A stretch of DNA of 64,000 bases from assembly GCA_016788285.1 (NCBI GenBank), contig JAEUSW010000089.1, positions 11,211 to 75,210 on the forward strand, given 5' to 3'. The first letter of the stretch is position 1. The number at the start of each line of letters is the position of its first letter. The notes beneath the pieces were generated by a model. That model was not told where the DNA came from, did no database searches, and saw only the letters and a list, made by a program, of their open reading frames with translations. Shown piece after piece: positions 1 through 9,800 of this stretch. This DNA is from Flavobacteriales bacterium (GTDB lineage Bacteria; Bacteroidota; Bacteroidia; Flavobacteriales_F; PHOS-HE28). The position numbers and the translations under genes were made by a program.

Positions 1-3000
1 GTGACCGTGGCCGAAGCCGAGCTGCATGGGCTTGTGCCGGTGACGGTGTACGTGAAGTCATAGCTGCCCGTGGGCACGCCGGTCGCGTTCCAGATGCCGC
101 CGGTGAGGACGCCCTGGCCACTGGTGTTGGCCCACACGCCCCCGGGGTCCTCTCCGCTCAGGCCTGCCGAGAGATCCACGGCATTGGCATCCACGCAGGC
201 GGCCAACGAGCCCGACTGTCCGGCGTTCGGGGCGGGCACCTTGGTGATCTGCACGGTCGCGCTCACCGTGGCGCAGGGCGCCGCGGCCGGGATCGTGTAC
301 ACATAGGCCCCCGGTGGATCGGTGGCCGGATCGAAGTTGCCCGTGGGCACCGGCCCGTTCGGGCCGCTCCAGGTGCCGCCCGGATCGGGCGAACCGTTCA
401 ACAGGGTGGACAAGGCCACCAGCGGGCCGTTGCTGCACAGGGTGCGCGCCGCGTCCACACCGGGGAAGGGCTGCTCGCTCTCGAAGATGGTGACCTTGGC
501 CGTGTCGTTCACGCAGGGCGCATCGCCGAACAGGATGTAGCTGTACGTGCCCTCGATGGAGATGCCGGGCACGTAGGTGCCGGAGAAGGGACCGTTGTTC
601 GGGTCCCGCCAGGTGCCGCCCGTCTCGGGCCCGCCTTGCAGCAGCGGGAACAGGGGGAAGGACGGCTCAGTGCTGCACACCTCGTCCACGCCGTCGGAAC
701 CGGCCCACGGCTGGTGGTTCTCGATCACCGTCACCGTGCTGGAATCGTTCGGACAGGCCTGCACGCCACCGACCCGGTAGGTGTACACACCGGGCGGGCT
801 CGACCCGGGGAAATAGATGCCCACCACGATGGACCCGTTGGGGTCGCGCCAGGTGCCGTTCAGGTCCGGACTGCCGGTCAGCAGGCCGAGCAGACCGAAG
901 GGGTTCTCGTCGTCACACACGATGCTGACACCATTGCCACCGGCATCCGGCGCATCGTTGACCACCACCGTGACCCGCGCGGTGTCGTTCGCGCACGGCG
1001 ACTGCGCGGTGCGGATGTACTTGTACACCCCGGGGATATCAAGGCTCGGCTGGAAGAGCCCGTTGTGCGGCTGGTCCACCGGGTTCAGCCAATTGCCGCC
1101 CGGCTGCGGGTTGCCGGTGATCTGGTTGAACAGGTTGATGGTGGGTCCGGGACGGCAGACCACGGTGGTCACATCATTGCCGGCGTTCACGCTGGTGCTC
1201 ACCCCGATGGTGACCGTGGCGGAGATGGCCGGGCACGGAGGCGGGCCGCTCACGGTGTACACGTAAACCCCGGGCGGGTCCTGACCCGGGCAGAACACGC
1301 CATCGTCCACCCCGTTCGGACCCGTCCATGAGCCATTGGCGGCCGGCGCACCGCCCAATTGCGTGAAGAGCGAAAAACACGGCTGGGACGAGCATACCGA
1401 GCGGGTGACACTGGTGCCGGGGCTCAACGGCGCGCTCACGGATACGATGACCACCGCCGAGTCCGCCGGGCAGGGGAACACACCGTTGACCTTGTACTTG
1501 TACGCTCCGGGCGGATCGTTCTGCGGGTTGAACACACCCCCATGCAGCTGCCCCAGCGGGTTGGTCCAGAAGCCGGTGTTGTCCGCCCCGCCCAGCAAGG
1601 GGAAGAGGTTCACCGACCCGCCCGTGGCACAGGTCGTCGTGGAGGTGCTGTTGCCGGCGTCCGGCCGGGGGTTCACGAACACGCTGGCCACCGCACTGTC
1701 CGCTTCGCAGGCCCCGCTGGCCGGCACCACGTAAGTGTAGTCGCCTTCGGGGTCCACCTGTGGGTCGAACAGCACATCGGTGATCGCCCCGTTCGGGCCC
1801 CGCCAGAACCCGCCCGCATCCGGCGTGCCGGTCAACACGGTGCTGAGCAGGAAGGCGCCCGCGTCATCGCACACCGTCACCTGACCATCACCGCCGGCAT
1901 CCGGCTCCAGGGTCTTGTTCACGGTCAGCACGGCGAAGGCGTTGCTGCACGGGAAGTTCCCCGGAACGGTGTACACATAGGCCCCCGAGGGGTCCACACC
2001 GGGCACGAACAGGTTCGGGTGCACCTGGTTGCCGGGGTCCGTCCACGTGCCCGTCAGCTGCGGCGTTCCACCCAGGCTGTCCGTCATCACGAACGGCGCA
2101 TCGTTCTCGCACACGCTCACAGGTCGCCCCTGGCCCGGGTTCGGCGGGGCCTCCTCCGCGACGGTCACCGTGGCGATGGAGTCCTGACAGGGCGGGTCGC
2201 CGTCCACCCGGTACTCGTACACACCCGGCAGGTCGTTCACCGGGTCGTAGCTCGGTCCGTGCGGCTGGCCGTTGAACTTCCAGGTCCCACCCGCTTCCGG
2301 CGTGCCGCCCAGCACCGTGAACAACTGGAACACCCCGCCGTTGCCACAGACCACGGTATCCGCGCTGAGGCCCGCGTCGGGTGCGCCTTCCACGTTCACG
2401 GTCATCACCGCCTGATCGTCCGGGCAGAACCCGCCACCGTCCAGGAAGTAGGTGAAGTCGTAGGTGCCCGGGGCCACCAGCGTGGCGTTGAACAGACCGT
2501 TGGCGAGCGCGTTCGTGTTGTCGTTGTCGATCCAGACCCCGCCCGGGTCGGGCCCGCCGTTGAGGTGCACGAACAGGTCGTACGCGGTCGCATTGCCGCA
2601 CACCGACCGGAAGGTGTTGTTCCCCGCGTCGAGCTGGGGAACGATGGTGATCGATACCTGCGCCGTGTCGTTCGGGCACTGGCCCGAACCCGTGACCACA
2701 TACCGGAAGAGATAGACGTTGTTCGGCAGCCCATTGGTCTGCAGCACGCTGCCGGACAGCTGGCCCGTTGTGCTCACGTCCAGCCAGGTGCCGCCCGCGG
2801 TGTACGGGGGCTGCAGCAGGGTGAAGAGGTCGATGGCACCGGAGTTCGTACAAACGGTCTCCGCCCCATCACCGCCGGCCGTGGGCGCATTGTTCACCAC
2901 CACGGTGACGATGGCCGAGGCCGGAGCGCACGGTGCCGTACCCGCGACAGTGTAGGTGTACTGACCCGCGGGACTCGTGCCCGGGATGAAGGTGCCGTTC

Positions 3001-5290
3001 ATCGCACCGCCCGGGCCGCTCCATGTACCGCCCGATGCCGGCGTCCCGCCCAGCGAACCGAACAGGCCGAAGGGCGCCGCATTGCTGCACACCGTGATGG
3101 TGTTGTTGGTGCCGGCGTTCGGCGGGGCCACCTCCTGCACGATCACCGAGGCGGTGGCGTTGGCGCAGGGCGGCACACCGGCCACGGTGTACGTGTACAC
3201 GTCAGGAACGTCCGTCACCGGGTCGTAGATGGGGCCATGCGGCCATGTGCCCGGTCCGGTCCACGCACCGTTGGCATCGAAGGGCGCCACCAGCACCAGG
3301 CTCAACGCGAACGAGGACCCGTTCCCGCACACCAGGGTGTCCCCGTTGATGCCGGCGTTGGGCGCCTGCTGCACGTTCACCGTGGCGAAGGCAGTGTCGT
3401 TCACACAGGGCGCGGTACCGCTGACCACATAGCGATATGGACCCGGCAGGCTTTGGCCCGGGACGAAGTTCCCCGAGGGGACCAACGTCCCGTTCGGGTC
3501 GGTCCACACCCCGGTGGCCATCGGCGACCCACCGAGCACGGAGATCAATGGAAAGTTGCCGGTATTGCTGCACACGGTGGTGCTTCCGTCCGTTCCGGCC
3601 CTGGGCGCGATCCGGCGGGTGATCTGTACGATGGCCACGGCATCCGCGCACGGCGGGGCGCCCGCCACCGTGTAGGTATAGGTGCCGCCGACATCGGTGG
3701 CCGGGTCGTACTGGCTCGAGTGCGGCTGGCTCCCGGGATCGGTCCATGTGCCCCCCGGATCCGCGCCGCTCAGCAATGCGAAGAGGTCCACCACCGGATC
3801 ATCGCTGCACACCGTGAGGGCGGCGCTCGTTCCGGCGTTCGGCGCCGTGGTCTCGTCCACGTCAACCGTTGTGATGGCGTTGGCGCACGGTGCAAGACCC
3901 GTCACCGTGTAGGTGTAGAGACCGGGCGCGGAGGTGCCCGGCACATAGGTCCCGGACGGCACGGCCACGGCATTGGGATCGGTCCAGGACCCGTTCACCG
4001 CCGGCGAACCGCCCAGGCTGTCCACCAGGTCGAAGGCCCCGTCGGTGCTGCACACCAAGGCGTTGCCCGAACTGCCGGCGTTCGGCGCCGGGGTCACGGC
4101 GATGGTCACCGTGGAACTCGCATCGGCGCACGGCGCCTGACCTTGCACCGTGTAGGTGTAGATGCCGGGGTCATCGCTCCCGGGGTCGAAGGTCCCGCCA
4201 AAGGGGTCCCCGTCCGGGTCCGTCCAGCTCCCTCCAAGGTCCGGAGCGCCCCCCAGCTCGCCGAACAGCTGCACGTCCGCATCCGTGGAGCACACCAGCA
4301 GGGTGGCGTTGGTGCCCGCATCCGGGGCGATCACCAGTTGCACGGTGACCGTGGCCACGTCCGGGTCGCACGGCGACTGGCCGGTGACGGTGTACGTGTA
4401 GGTGCCGGCCTGGCTGGTACCGGGGATGAAGGTGCCGTTGAAGGCCGCGTTGTTCGGATCCGTCCACGAGCCGGTTAGGTCCGGGGTACCGCCCAGGGAA
4501 TCCACCAGCGCGAAGGAGCCCCTCGTGCTGCAGACCACCACCGTGCGGTCAATGCCCGCATCCGGCGCTTGGCGGATGGTGATGGTGAGCTGGGCCGACG
4601 CGTTCGAGCACGGGGGGATCCCCGTCACGGTGTACGTCCATACTCCGGCCGGACCGACGGCGGGATCGAACTGGTCGCCGAGGATCGGTCCACCGGGGCC
4701 CACCCATTGCCCGCCGGGATCGGGGGTCCCGTTGAGCTGACCGGTGAGCGAAAAGGGGGCGTCATCGCTGCAGACGGTGATGCTGCGATCGCCGCCGGCG
4801 TCAGGGGCCGCCTGTTCGCTCACGGTCACCGTGGCCGACGCGTCCACGCACGGTGGTACACCCGGGATGGTGTACGTGTAGATCCCGGCCGGGGACACGC
4901 CCGGGGTGTAGGTCGGCGGATGCGGGCCTCCGGGTCCGGACCAGCTGCCGCCAGCCTGCGCGGTGGGTCCCAACAAGGCGAAGAGACTGAAGGGAGCATC
5001 ATCGCTGCACACCCCGATGCTGGTGCTCACCCCGGCGACCGGTTGCGTGTTCACCACCACGGTCACCGTGGCCGTGGCCACCGGGCAGCCACCACCCGCG
5101 TTCACCGTGTAGGTGTACGACCCTGAGGGGTCCGTACCGGGATCGAAGGTGGACCCATGGGGGGCGTTCGACGGGTCCGTCCATGTCCCACCCACATCCG
5201 GTGTGCCGCCCAACGCGGCGAACAGGTCCAGCGGGGCGTCCGTATCGCAGACGGTGATGCCGGTGGACGTACCCGCATCGGGGGCCGGGC
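1..5290 (-). repeat. Tandem coding repeats, about 240-255 nt (~79-85 aa) per unit, >=21 units
   Basis: Recurring pattern P-x-AG-x5-VC-x6-(L/F)-x3-LGG-x-P-x2-GG-x-W-x-(D/G)P...PG-x-Y-(T/V)-Y-T-V...PC...A-x-V-x-(V/I). The periodicity is also visible as antisense track ORFs starting at 322, 577, 817, 2464, 2719, 2977, 3229, 4162 and 4402. Confidence 0.8.
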
Positions 5291-5741
5291 CGATGGTGGC
5301 GGCCCACCCCCCGAAGGTGTTGGCCGCATCGCTCACCCAGCGGAAGGTGAGGCAACCGCTCGGGCCGGTGGCCGTGACCGTCTGCCCGTTCAGCGAGTTG
5401 GTGCCGTTGCCGGTGGCCAGCAGGGGGTCCGCCGTGCTGGTGCCGTTATGGATGAAGAGCTGGTCGGTGGCCCCGGGCTGCACCGTCCACGCGGTGAAGG
5501 TCACCGACACGTTGGAGCCCGTTCCAGCGCCATTGGTCGGGCACAAGGTGGCCGTCAGGTCCTCGTTGTTCCCGTAAGGTCCACCGGAACCGCCGCTGTC
5601 CAGGAACTCCCCGCTGCAGGCCTGCCAAGCGGCGTTGCCCATCACGAAGGTCTGGGCCTCCGCAGGAGCGGCGGACAGCAGCACCACCGCCAAGACCGCA
5701 CCCCACGGGCGGATCGGTCCAAGGATCGGGTCGAAGCTCAC
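1..5741 (-). CDS. Giant secreted repeat protein, N-terminal ~1913 aa only (3' end lies beyond the left edge): signal peptide, CUB-like head, then >=21 tandem ~79-aa Cys-containing repeats; probable T9SS-exported adhesin
   Basis: Absent from the ORF track because it has no stop inside the window. Hand translation of the minus frame is open from the in-frame stop at 5865-5867 down to base 1. Checked at both ends: 5741-5690 gives VSFDPILGPIRPWGAVL..., and 359-291 gives NGPVPTGNFDPATDPPGAYVYTI. No ATG lies upstream of the mature part. GTG at 5741 (or TTG at 5753) yields a signal peptide ending AVVLLSAAPAEAQ. Residues ~31-150 (C-SGEFLDSGGSGGPYGNNEDL...LFIHNG...GCLTFRWVSD...GGW) look like a CUB domain. 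The plus-strand track ORFs here are antisense shadows. Confidence 0.85.
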   Translation of the reverse strand, partial: MSFDPILGPIRPWGAVLAVVLLSAAPAEAQTFVMGNAAWQACSGEFLDSGGSGGPYGNNEDLTATLCPTNGAGTGSNVSVTFTAWTVQPGATDQLFIHNGTSTADPLLATGNGTNSLNGQTVTATGPSGCLTFRWVSDAANTFGGWAATIGPAPDAGTSTGITVCDTDAPLDLFAALGGTPDVGGTWTDPSNAPHGSTFDPGTDPSGSYTYTVNAGGGCPVATATVTVVVNTQPVAGVSTSIGVCSDDAPFSLFALLGPTAQAGGSWSGPGGPHPPTYTPGVSPAGIYTYTIPGVPPCVDASATVTVSEQAAPDAGGDRSITVCSDDAPFSLTGQLNGTPDPGGQWVGPGGPILGDQFDPAVGPAGVWTYTVTGIPPCSNASAQLTITIRQAPDAGIDRTVVVCSTRGSFALVDSLGGTPDLTGSWTDPNNAAFNGTFIPGTSQAGTYTYTVTGQSPCDPDVATVTVQLVIAPDAGTNATLLVCSTDADVQLFGELGGAPDLGGSWTDPDGDPFGGTFDPGSDDPGIYTYTVQGQAPCADASSTVTIAVTPAPNAGSSGNALVCSTDGAFDLVDSLGGSPAVNGSWTDPNAVAVPSGTYVPGTSAPGLYTYTVTGLAPCANAITTVDVDETTAPNAGTSAALTVCSDDPVVDLFALLSGADPGGTWTDPGSQPHSSQYDPATDVGGTYTYTVAGAPPCADAVAIVQITRRIAPRAGTDGSTTVCSNTGNFPLISVLGGSPMATGVWTDPNGTLVPSGNFVPGQSLPGPYRYVVSGTAPCVNDTAFATVNVQQAPNAGINGDTLVCGNGSSFALSLVLVAPFDANGAWTGPGTWPHGPIYDPVTDVPDVYTYTVAGVPPCANATASVIVQEVAPPNAGTNNTITVCSNAAPFGLFGSLGGTPASGGTWSGPGGAMNGTFIPGTSPAGQYTYTVAGTAPCAPASAIVTVVVNNAPTAGGDGAETVCTNSGAIDLFTLLQPPYTAGGTWLDVSTTGQLSGSVLQTNGLPNNVYLFRYVVTGSGQCPNDTAQVSITIVPQLDAGNNTFRSVCGNATAYDLFVHLNGGPDPGGVWIDNDNTNALANGLFNATLVAPGTYDFTYFLDGGGFCPDDQAVMTVNVEGAPDAGLSADTVVCGNGGVFQLFTVLGGTPEAGGTWKFNGQPHGPSYDPVNDLPGVYEYRVDGDPPCQDSIATVTVAEEAPPNPGQGRPVSVCENDAPFVMTDSLGGTPQLTGTWTDPGNQVHPNLFVPGVDPSGAYVYTVPGNFPCSNAFAVLTVNKTLEPDAGGDGQVTVCDDAGAFLLSTVLTGTPDAGGFWRGPNGAITDVLFDPQVDPEGDYTYVVPASGACEADSAVASVFVNPRPDAGNSTSTTTCATGGSVNLFPLLGGADNTGFWTNPLGQLHGGVFNPQNDPPGAYKYKVNGVFPCPADSAVVIVSVSAPLSPGTSVTRSVCSSQPCFSLFTQLGGAPAANGSWTGPNGVDDGVFCPGQDPPGVYVYTVSGPPPCPAISATVTIGVSTSVNAGNDVTTVVCRPGPTINLFNQITGNPQPGGNWLNPVDQPHNGLFQPSLDIPGVYKYIRTAQSPCANDTARVTVVVNDAPDAGGNGVSIVCDDENPFGLLGLLTGSPDLNGTWRDPNGSIVVGIYFPGSSPPGVYTYRVGGVQACPNDSSTVTVIENHQPWAGSDGVDEVCSTEPSFPLFPLLQGGPETGGTWRDPNNGPFSGTYVPGISIEGTYSYILFGDAPCVNDTAKVTIFESEQPFPGVDAARTLCSNGPLVALSTLLNGSPDPGGTWSGPNGPVPTGNFDPATDPPGAYVYTIPAAAPCATVSATVQITKVPAPNAGQSGSLAACVDANAVDLSAGLSGEDPGGVWANTSGQGVLTGGIWNATGVPTGSYDFTYTVTGTSPCSSASATV

Positions 5742-5876
5742 GGTCGGGCGCAAGGGGGTGCAAGGTAGCCAAAAGACCCCTCGGAACGCCAGTCCAGCGC
5801 GGGTTTTCGCCCGGTCAAAGCCCCGCTGCGACGAGCGGCTCGGGCGTGTGGACCTGTCACCATCCTACGACGCGGG

Positions 5877-6821
5877 TCACGGAGCCGGGGGCACTGCCGG
5901 GGCCGCGGGGGCCGCCGTGGTGCGTGGAGCCGGTCGGTCCTTCCCGAACGTGAGGGCCAGCATCACCTCATGGGTGCCCTGGCTGTAGCGGCTCAGGCCC
6001 GTGGTGGTGAGGTCGAACGAATAGCCGAACTGGAACATCTTCTTCAACCAGCAACCGACCATGATCGGGATGGCGTCGTTGGACCGCCAGCCACCGCCCA
6101 CCCAAAGGATGTCCTTGTAGTTCAAGGTGAGGTTCACGTCCAGTTTCGGAGGCACCGGGTTCACATACTTCACCAGGAAGCTTGGCTCCAGGCGCAGGTC
6201 GTCGGAGAACCGGATCCGGTACCCGCCGGTCGCGAAATAGTGCCGCTCCAACCGGCTCAGCGTCTCCTCCTGCTCATCGAAGAAGTAGATGCGGTTGTTG
6301 AACAACTGGGGGGCCGTGGCGCCGAACCAGTAGTTGGGATGATGGAGCAGGAACGCGAACGTGGCATCGGGCACCACCTCACCGCGCAACTGATCGTCCA
6401 TCACCGGATCGCTGCCGTCGTGGAAGGTGATCTTGGACCCGTCGATGAGGAACTGGACCAGACCGCCGCTGAGGGACAGGCCCAGCCGCAGCTTTTCGGT
6501 GAGCTGTAGATGGTAGGCGTAGGTGAGCTGGAACCCCGTGCGGCGTGTGGGACCCACGTTGTCGGTGAACAGGAACCCGCCCAGGCCCATTTTGCGCCCC
6601 ACCGGTGTGGTGGCGCTGAGCATGAAGGTGCGCGGGGCATCCTGCACCCCCACCCACTGGTAGCGGTGCGCACTGCGCAGCTCGAACCAGGGCCGCGATC
6701 CGGCCACGGACGGGTTGTAGAGGTAGTCCTGGCTCACGTACTGACTGAGCTGCGGCAATTGCTGCGCGGCCGCCGTGCCGGCGACCATCAACAGCGGAAG
6801 GACTTGGTGGCGCAGGTTCAT
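5877..6821 (-). CDS. PorP/SprF-family type IX secretion system membrane protein
   Basis: 314-aa track ORF. The N-terminus MNLRHQVLPLLMVAGTAAAQQLPQLSQYV..YNPSVAG is the PorP/SprF hallmark (TIGR03519-type, from memory). It starts 4 nt after the stop of the type-B CTD giant. It has an Ala/Pro-rich C-terminal tail. Confidence 0.85.
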   Translation of the reverse strand: MNLRHQVLPLLMVAGTAAAQQLPQLSQYVSQDYLYNPSVAGSRPWFELRSAHRYQWVGVQDAPRTFMLSATTPVGRKMGLGGFLFTDNVGPTRRTGFQLTYAYHLQLTEKLRLGLSLSGGLVQFLIDGSKITFHDGSDPVMDDQLRGEVVPDATFAFLLHHPNYWFGATAPQLFNNRIYFFDEQEETLSRLERHYFATGGYRIRFSDDLRLEPSFLVKYVNPVPPKLDVNLTLNYKDILWVGGGWRSNDAIPIMVGCWLKKMFQFGYSFDLTTTGLSRYSQGTHEVMLALTFGKDRPAPRTTAAPAAPAVPPAP

Positions 6822-6825
6822 GGCT

Positions 6826-9800
6826 TCAGCGGATGACGGTCAGCGGACCGGTGTAGGGTTCGGGGAAATCCGGGTGGTTGAGGCGGATGGCGTAGTAGTA
6901 GGTGCCCACCGGCACCAGCCCACCGTTGTAGCGGCCATCCCAGGGCTCCGTGTAGCCCACGCTTTGGAAGAGCAGCTCGCCCCAGCGGCTGTACACCTCC
7001 ACCTCGCACTCGGGGAACATGTCGATGAGGTCGATCTGCCATGCATCGTTCCACCCATCGCCGTTCGGGGTGAACCCGGACGGGATCACCACCTCGGGCA
7101 CCACGGTCACCAGCACCGAATCCACCGCCGAACAACCGTCCGGCGTGGTCACCGTGAGCACGAACCAGGTGGTGCCCGGTGGCGTCGACAAGGGGTTGGC
7201 CGCGGTGGGATCGTCCACCAGTGAATCCGGCTGCCAGCTGAAGGTCGAGCCCAGCGGACCACTGGGATCGCCGCCCAGCTCGGTCTGCGCGTTGAGGAAG
7301 ATCGTGCGGTCAGCACCAGCGTCCGCGAACGGCGAGGTCCACACCTCCACCGTCACCTGATCCTGCGCCGAGCACGGCCCGTCCGTCACGGTCAGCGTGT
7401 AGGTGTATGACCCCGGGGCAAGGCCTGTCAGCGTCAGCACGGGCTGGGTGCCCACCACGTTGCCTTGACCATCGGTCCATTGCCAGCTCGACGCGCCGGT
7501 GCTCGCGCTGCCGTCCAGCGTCACCACCGCCCCTGAACAGACCTGCTGGCCCGCACCCGCATCGGCCGTCACGGTCACCAAGGCATCCACCTGGGCGTTG
7601 GCGCTGGCCGAGCAGCCGTTCGCGTCCGTCACCACCACGGTGTACGGACCGGGGAGCAGTTGCACGATGTCCTCCGCGCCGCTGGTGAACCCGCCCGGGC
7701 CGGCCCACAGCACGGAGTAGCCGCCCACCCCGCCACCGATCGTGATGGCGATGGAGCCGTCAGCCGCGGTGTTGCAGCTCGCCGGCACGATGTTGTCCAC
7801 CGTCACCTGCACCGGTGAAGGCTCCTGGATGGTGAAGGTGACCGTGGTGTCGCAGCCGATGCCGTCGGCGATGGTCACCGACCAAGCGCCCGGGCATAGG
7901 CCGGTGGCCGAAGCGGTGCCCTGACCGTTCGGCGGCACCGGCGTCCAGGTGAAGCCGAAGTTCCCGAAGCCACCGGTCGGCGCCACGGTGATGGTGCCAT
8001 CGCACGCGCCATTGCACAGCACATCCGCCACCACCTCGTTGGGCACGATGGGTGCGAAGGGCAGGATGGTGAAGGCCACCGTGGTGTCGCACCCCAGGCT
8101 GTCGGCGATCGTCACCGTCCAGTTGCCCGGGCAGAGGCCGGTGGCGTTCGGAGTGCCCTGCCCACCGCCCGGTTGGGGTTGCCAGAGGTAGGTGAAGCCG
8201 CCGGCGCCGCCCGTCGGGCTCACGCTCGCCGTGCCATCGCAGGGGCCGAAGCAGGTCTCGTTCGTGAACAGCAGGCCCGCATCGATCGCCGTGCCCTGTC
8301 CGATGGTGAAGGGCAGGGTGATCGTGCATCCGTTCGCATCAAGAGCGACCAAGGTGTAGTCGCCGGCGCAGAGCCCATCGATGAAGGTGGTGTCCTGCGC
8401 AAGGATCACGCCGCCTGCATCGGACCAGGTCAGGGTATAGCCGGGTACACCACCGCTCAAGATGGCCGTGGCCGTGCCCGCGCAATCCCCGAAGCAGAGG
8501 TTGTCCGTCGTGGACAATTGCGCTTCGAAGAGCGGGGGATCCACCACGGTGAAGGTGAGCGTGGTGTCGCAGCCGTTCAGGTCGGTGATGAGCACGGCGT
8601 AGCTGCCGGCGCACAGATCGAACGCCGCGTTGGTGCCGTCCCCGTTCGGCGGGTCCGGGGTCCAATCGAAGCTGTAGCCGGGCGTGCCACCCGTCACGGT
8701 GAGCACGATGCTGGCATCGCACGCGCCGGTGCAGCTCACCGGTTCCTCCACCGCGGTCACCGAGAGCGGTTGCGGCTCCAGGATGAGCACCGCCACCGTG
8801 ATGCTGCAGCCGCTGGCGTCGGTGATGATGAGGTCGTAGGCGCCCGCGCAGAGGTCCGTCACCTGCGGGGTGCCGTCGCCGTTGATCGGATCGGGCGACC
8901 AATCGATCGTGTACGGGCCCACACCGCCGCTGATGCCCACGGTGGCCGTGCCGTCACACAGCCCCGCACAGGTCACCGGCGTGGTGCTCAACTGGGCCAC
9001 GATGGGATCGGGCTCCACCACCGTGGCCGTGTCGATCGTGATGCAGCCCGAAGCGTTGGTGACCACGATGTAGTACGGACCCGCGCAGAGGCTGTCCAGG
9101 CTCGGCCCCGGTTCGTTGAGGTCGTTGCCGAGGGCATCCGTCCACACCGACGTGCAGGGGGGATCGCTGCAGGTGAAGGAGGCCGACACCTCGCCGTCGC
9201 ATTCCCCCGGGCAACTGGTGATCCCGTCGGTCGTGCTCACCACCTCGCCGTTGCTGTCGGTGATGGGCACCAACAGGGCGGCCAGACAACCGTTGGCATC
9301 CTGCACCGTGGCCGTGTAGAGCCCCGCGCAGAGGTTCGTCAGCACGCTGTCCGCGCCCACCGGGGCCCCGTTGAGGCTCCATGCGAACGTGTACGGCGCT
9401 GTTCCACCGGTGACCTCCACCTCGGCCGCGCCGATGCACTGGCCGCACTCGCTCGGTGTCGCGCTCGCCGTCAGCACCAGCGGTGGCGGCTCGGCGATGG
9501 TGTAGGTGATCAGCGTATCGCAGCCGTTGGCATCGGTGATCAGCAGGTCGTAGCTGCCGGCGCAAAGGCCGAAGGCCGCGTTGGTGCCATCGCCGTTCGC
9601 CGGCACCGGCGACCAGGCATAGGTGTACGGGCCTGTGCCGCCCTGCACCGTCACCACGATGCTGCCGTTGCACAGGGCCTCGCACGACGCATCCTCCACC
9701 ACCGCCGTCACGCTCAGCGGCTGGGGTTCCAGGATGAGCACGTTCACGAGGGTATCGCACCCCGTGCCCTGATCGACGATCTGCACCGTGTACACCCCTG

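Noticed and set aside
1359-4478. 1039-aa plus-strand ORF and many 60-180-aa ORFs on both strands in 58-5772
   Set aside because: All are shadow frames of the untracked minus-strand giant gene (1..5741). Their periodic 'MP...' starts simply mirror its ~240-nt repeat.
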